NCBI GenBank assembly: GCA_965248755.1
Contig: OZ252149.1
Location: 160,001 to 224,000, forward strand
Reading direction: 5' to 3'
DNA from: Candidatus Latescibacterota bacterium
GTDB lineage: Bacteria > Latescibacterota > CBDEFO01
DNA: 64,000 nucleotides
Position 1 is the stretch's first letter; each line of letters opens with the position of its first letter. Positions 63,803 to 64,000 of the stretch are shown here, one piece after another. A program made the translations under genes and the position numbers. A model generated the notes under the pieces. It was given only the letters and a program-made list of their open reading frames with translations. It had not been told where the DNA came from and did no database searches.

Positions 63803-64000
63803 ATGCTGCAATCGGTCCTTTTGTGTCGGTAAACATCCGCGCTCTGCTGGGTAAGGAAACCAGTCCAATACGCCACGTAGGAGTAGTAGGACAAAACAGC
63901 CTCGGCCCCGTCCAGATCAGTCAGGGGTAGGAAGGGCTTCCGGTAACGGGCATGGCAATAAGGGATCGGGTACCGTCGTAGGTGAGGTGGGAGAGGCCCG

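Noticed and set aside
1..64000. CRISPR array, rRNA or tRNA
   Set aside because: No regularly spaced repeat-spacer series or recognisable RNA gene; the 21-bp palindromes are kilobases apart.
63640..64000. Minus-strand partial ORF at the window end
   Set aside because: Coding-like but interrupted and unassignable without further sequence.

Overview
Bacterial accessory region with mosaic GC content and heavy gene decay. FlgD-Ig-tailed proteins suggest an FCB or Latescibacterota-like host, which is inference only. Apparently intact content: an FG-GAP repeat protein, parts of a pentose-phosphate/glycogen operon (tkt, tal-pgi, pgl, debranching enzyme, GH63; fbaB, gnd, zwf, HAD and gdh are decayed), a hydantoinase/oxoprolinase A+B cluster with a small Cys-rich partner and two SDRs, cusCBA, a low-GC kbl/tdh-like pair, and assorted catabolic enzymes. 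Mobile DNA includes IS1380, two IS1182 copies, and IS3, IS256, IS1595, Tn3 and resolvase remnants. Five signals stand out. (1) Two integron loci share a 113-bp attI-like site; at one locus it lies 3' of a co-oriented intI remnant, and the loci carry an attC, a TIR-like cassette remnant and a PhyH cassette duplicated exactly at the GTTAGG crossover. (2) An IS1380 unit captured 186 bp of a sigma-54 activator gene, bounded by a 5-bp TSD whose removal restores the host reading frame. (3) A dispersed 21-bp palindrome (CCCCGATWGAWTCWATCGGGG) occurs at five loci and nests in itself. (4) A Kbl-like enzyme carries an in-frame 60-aa internal duplication. (5) A sigma-70 gene with a putative sigma-54 promoter is split by IS1182. 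No rRNA, tRNA or CRISPR array was seen. All calls come from reading motifs by eye; no database searches were run.
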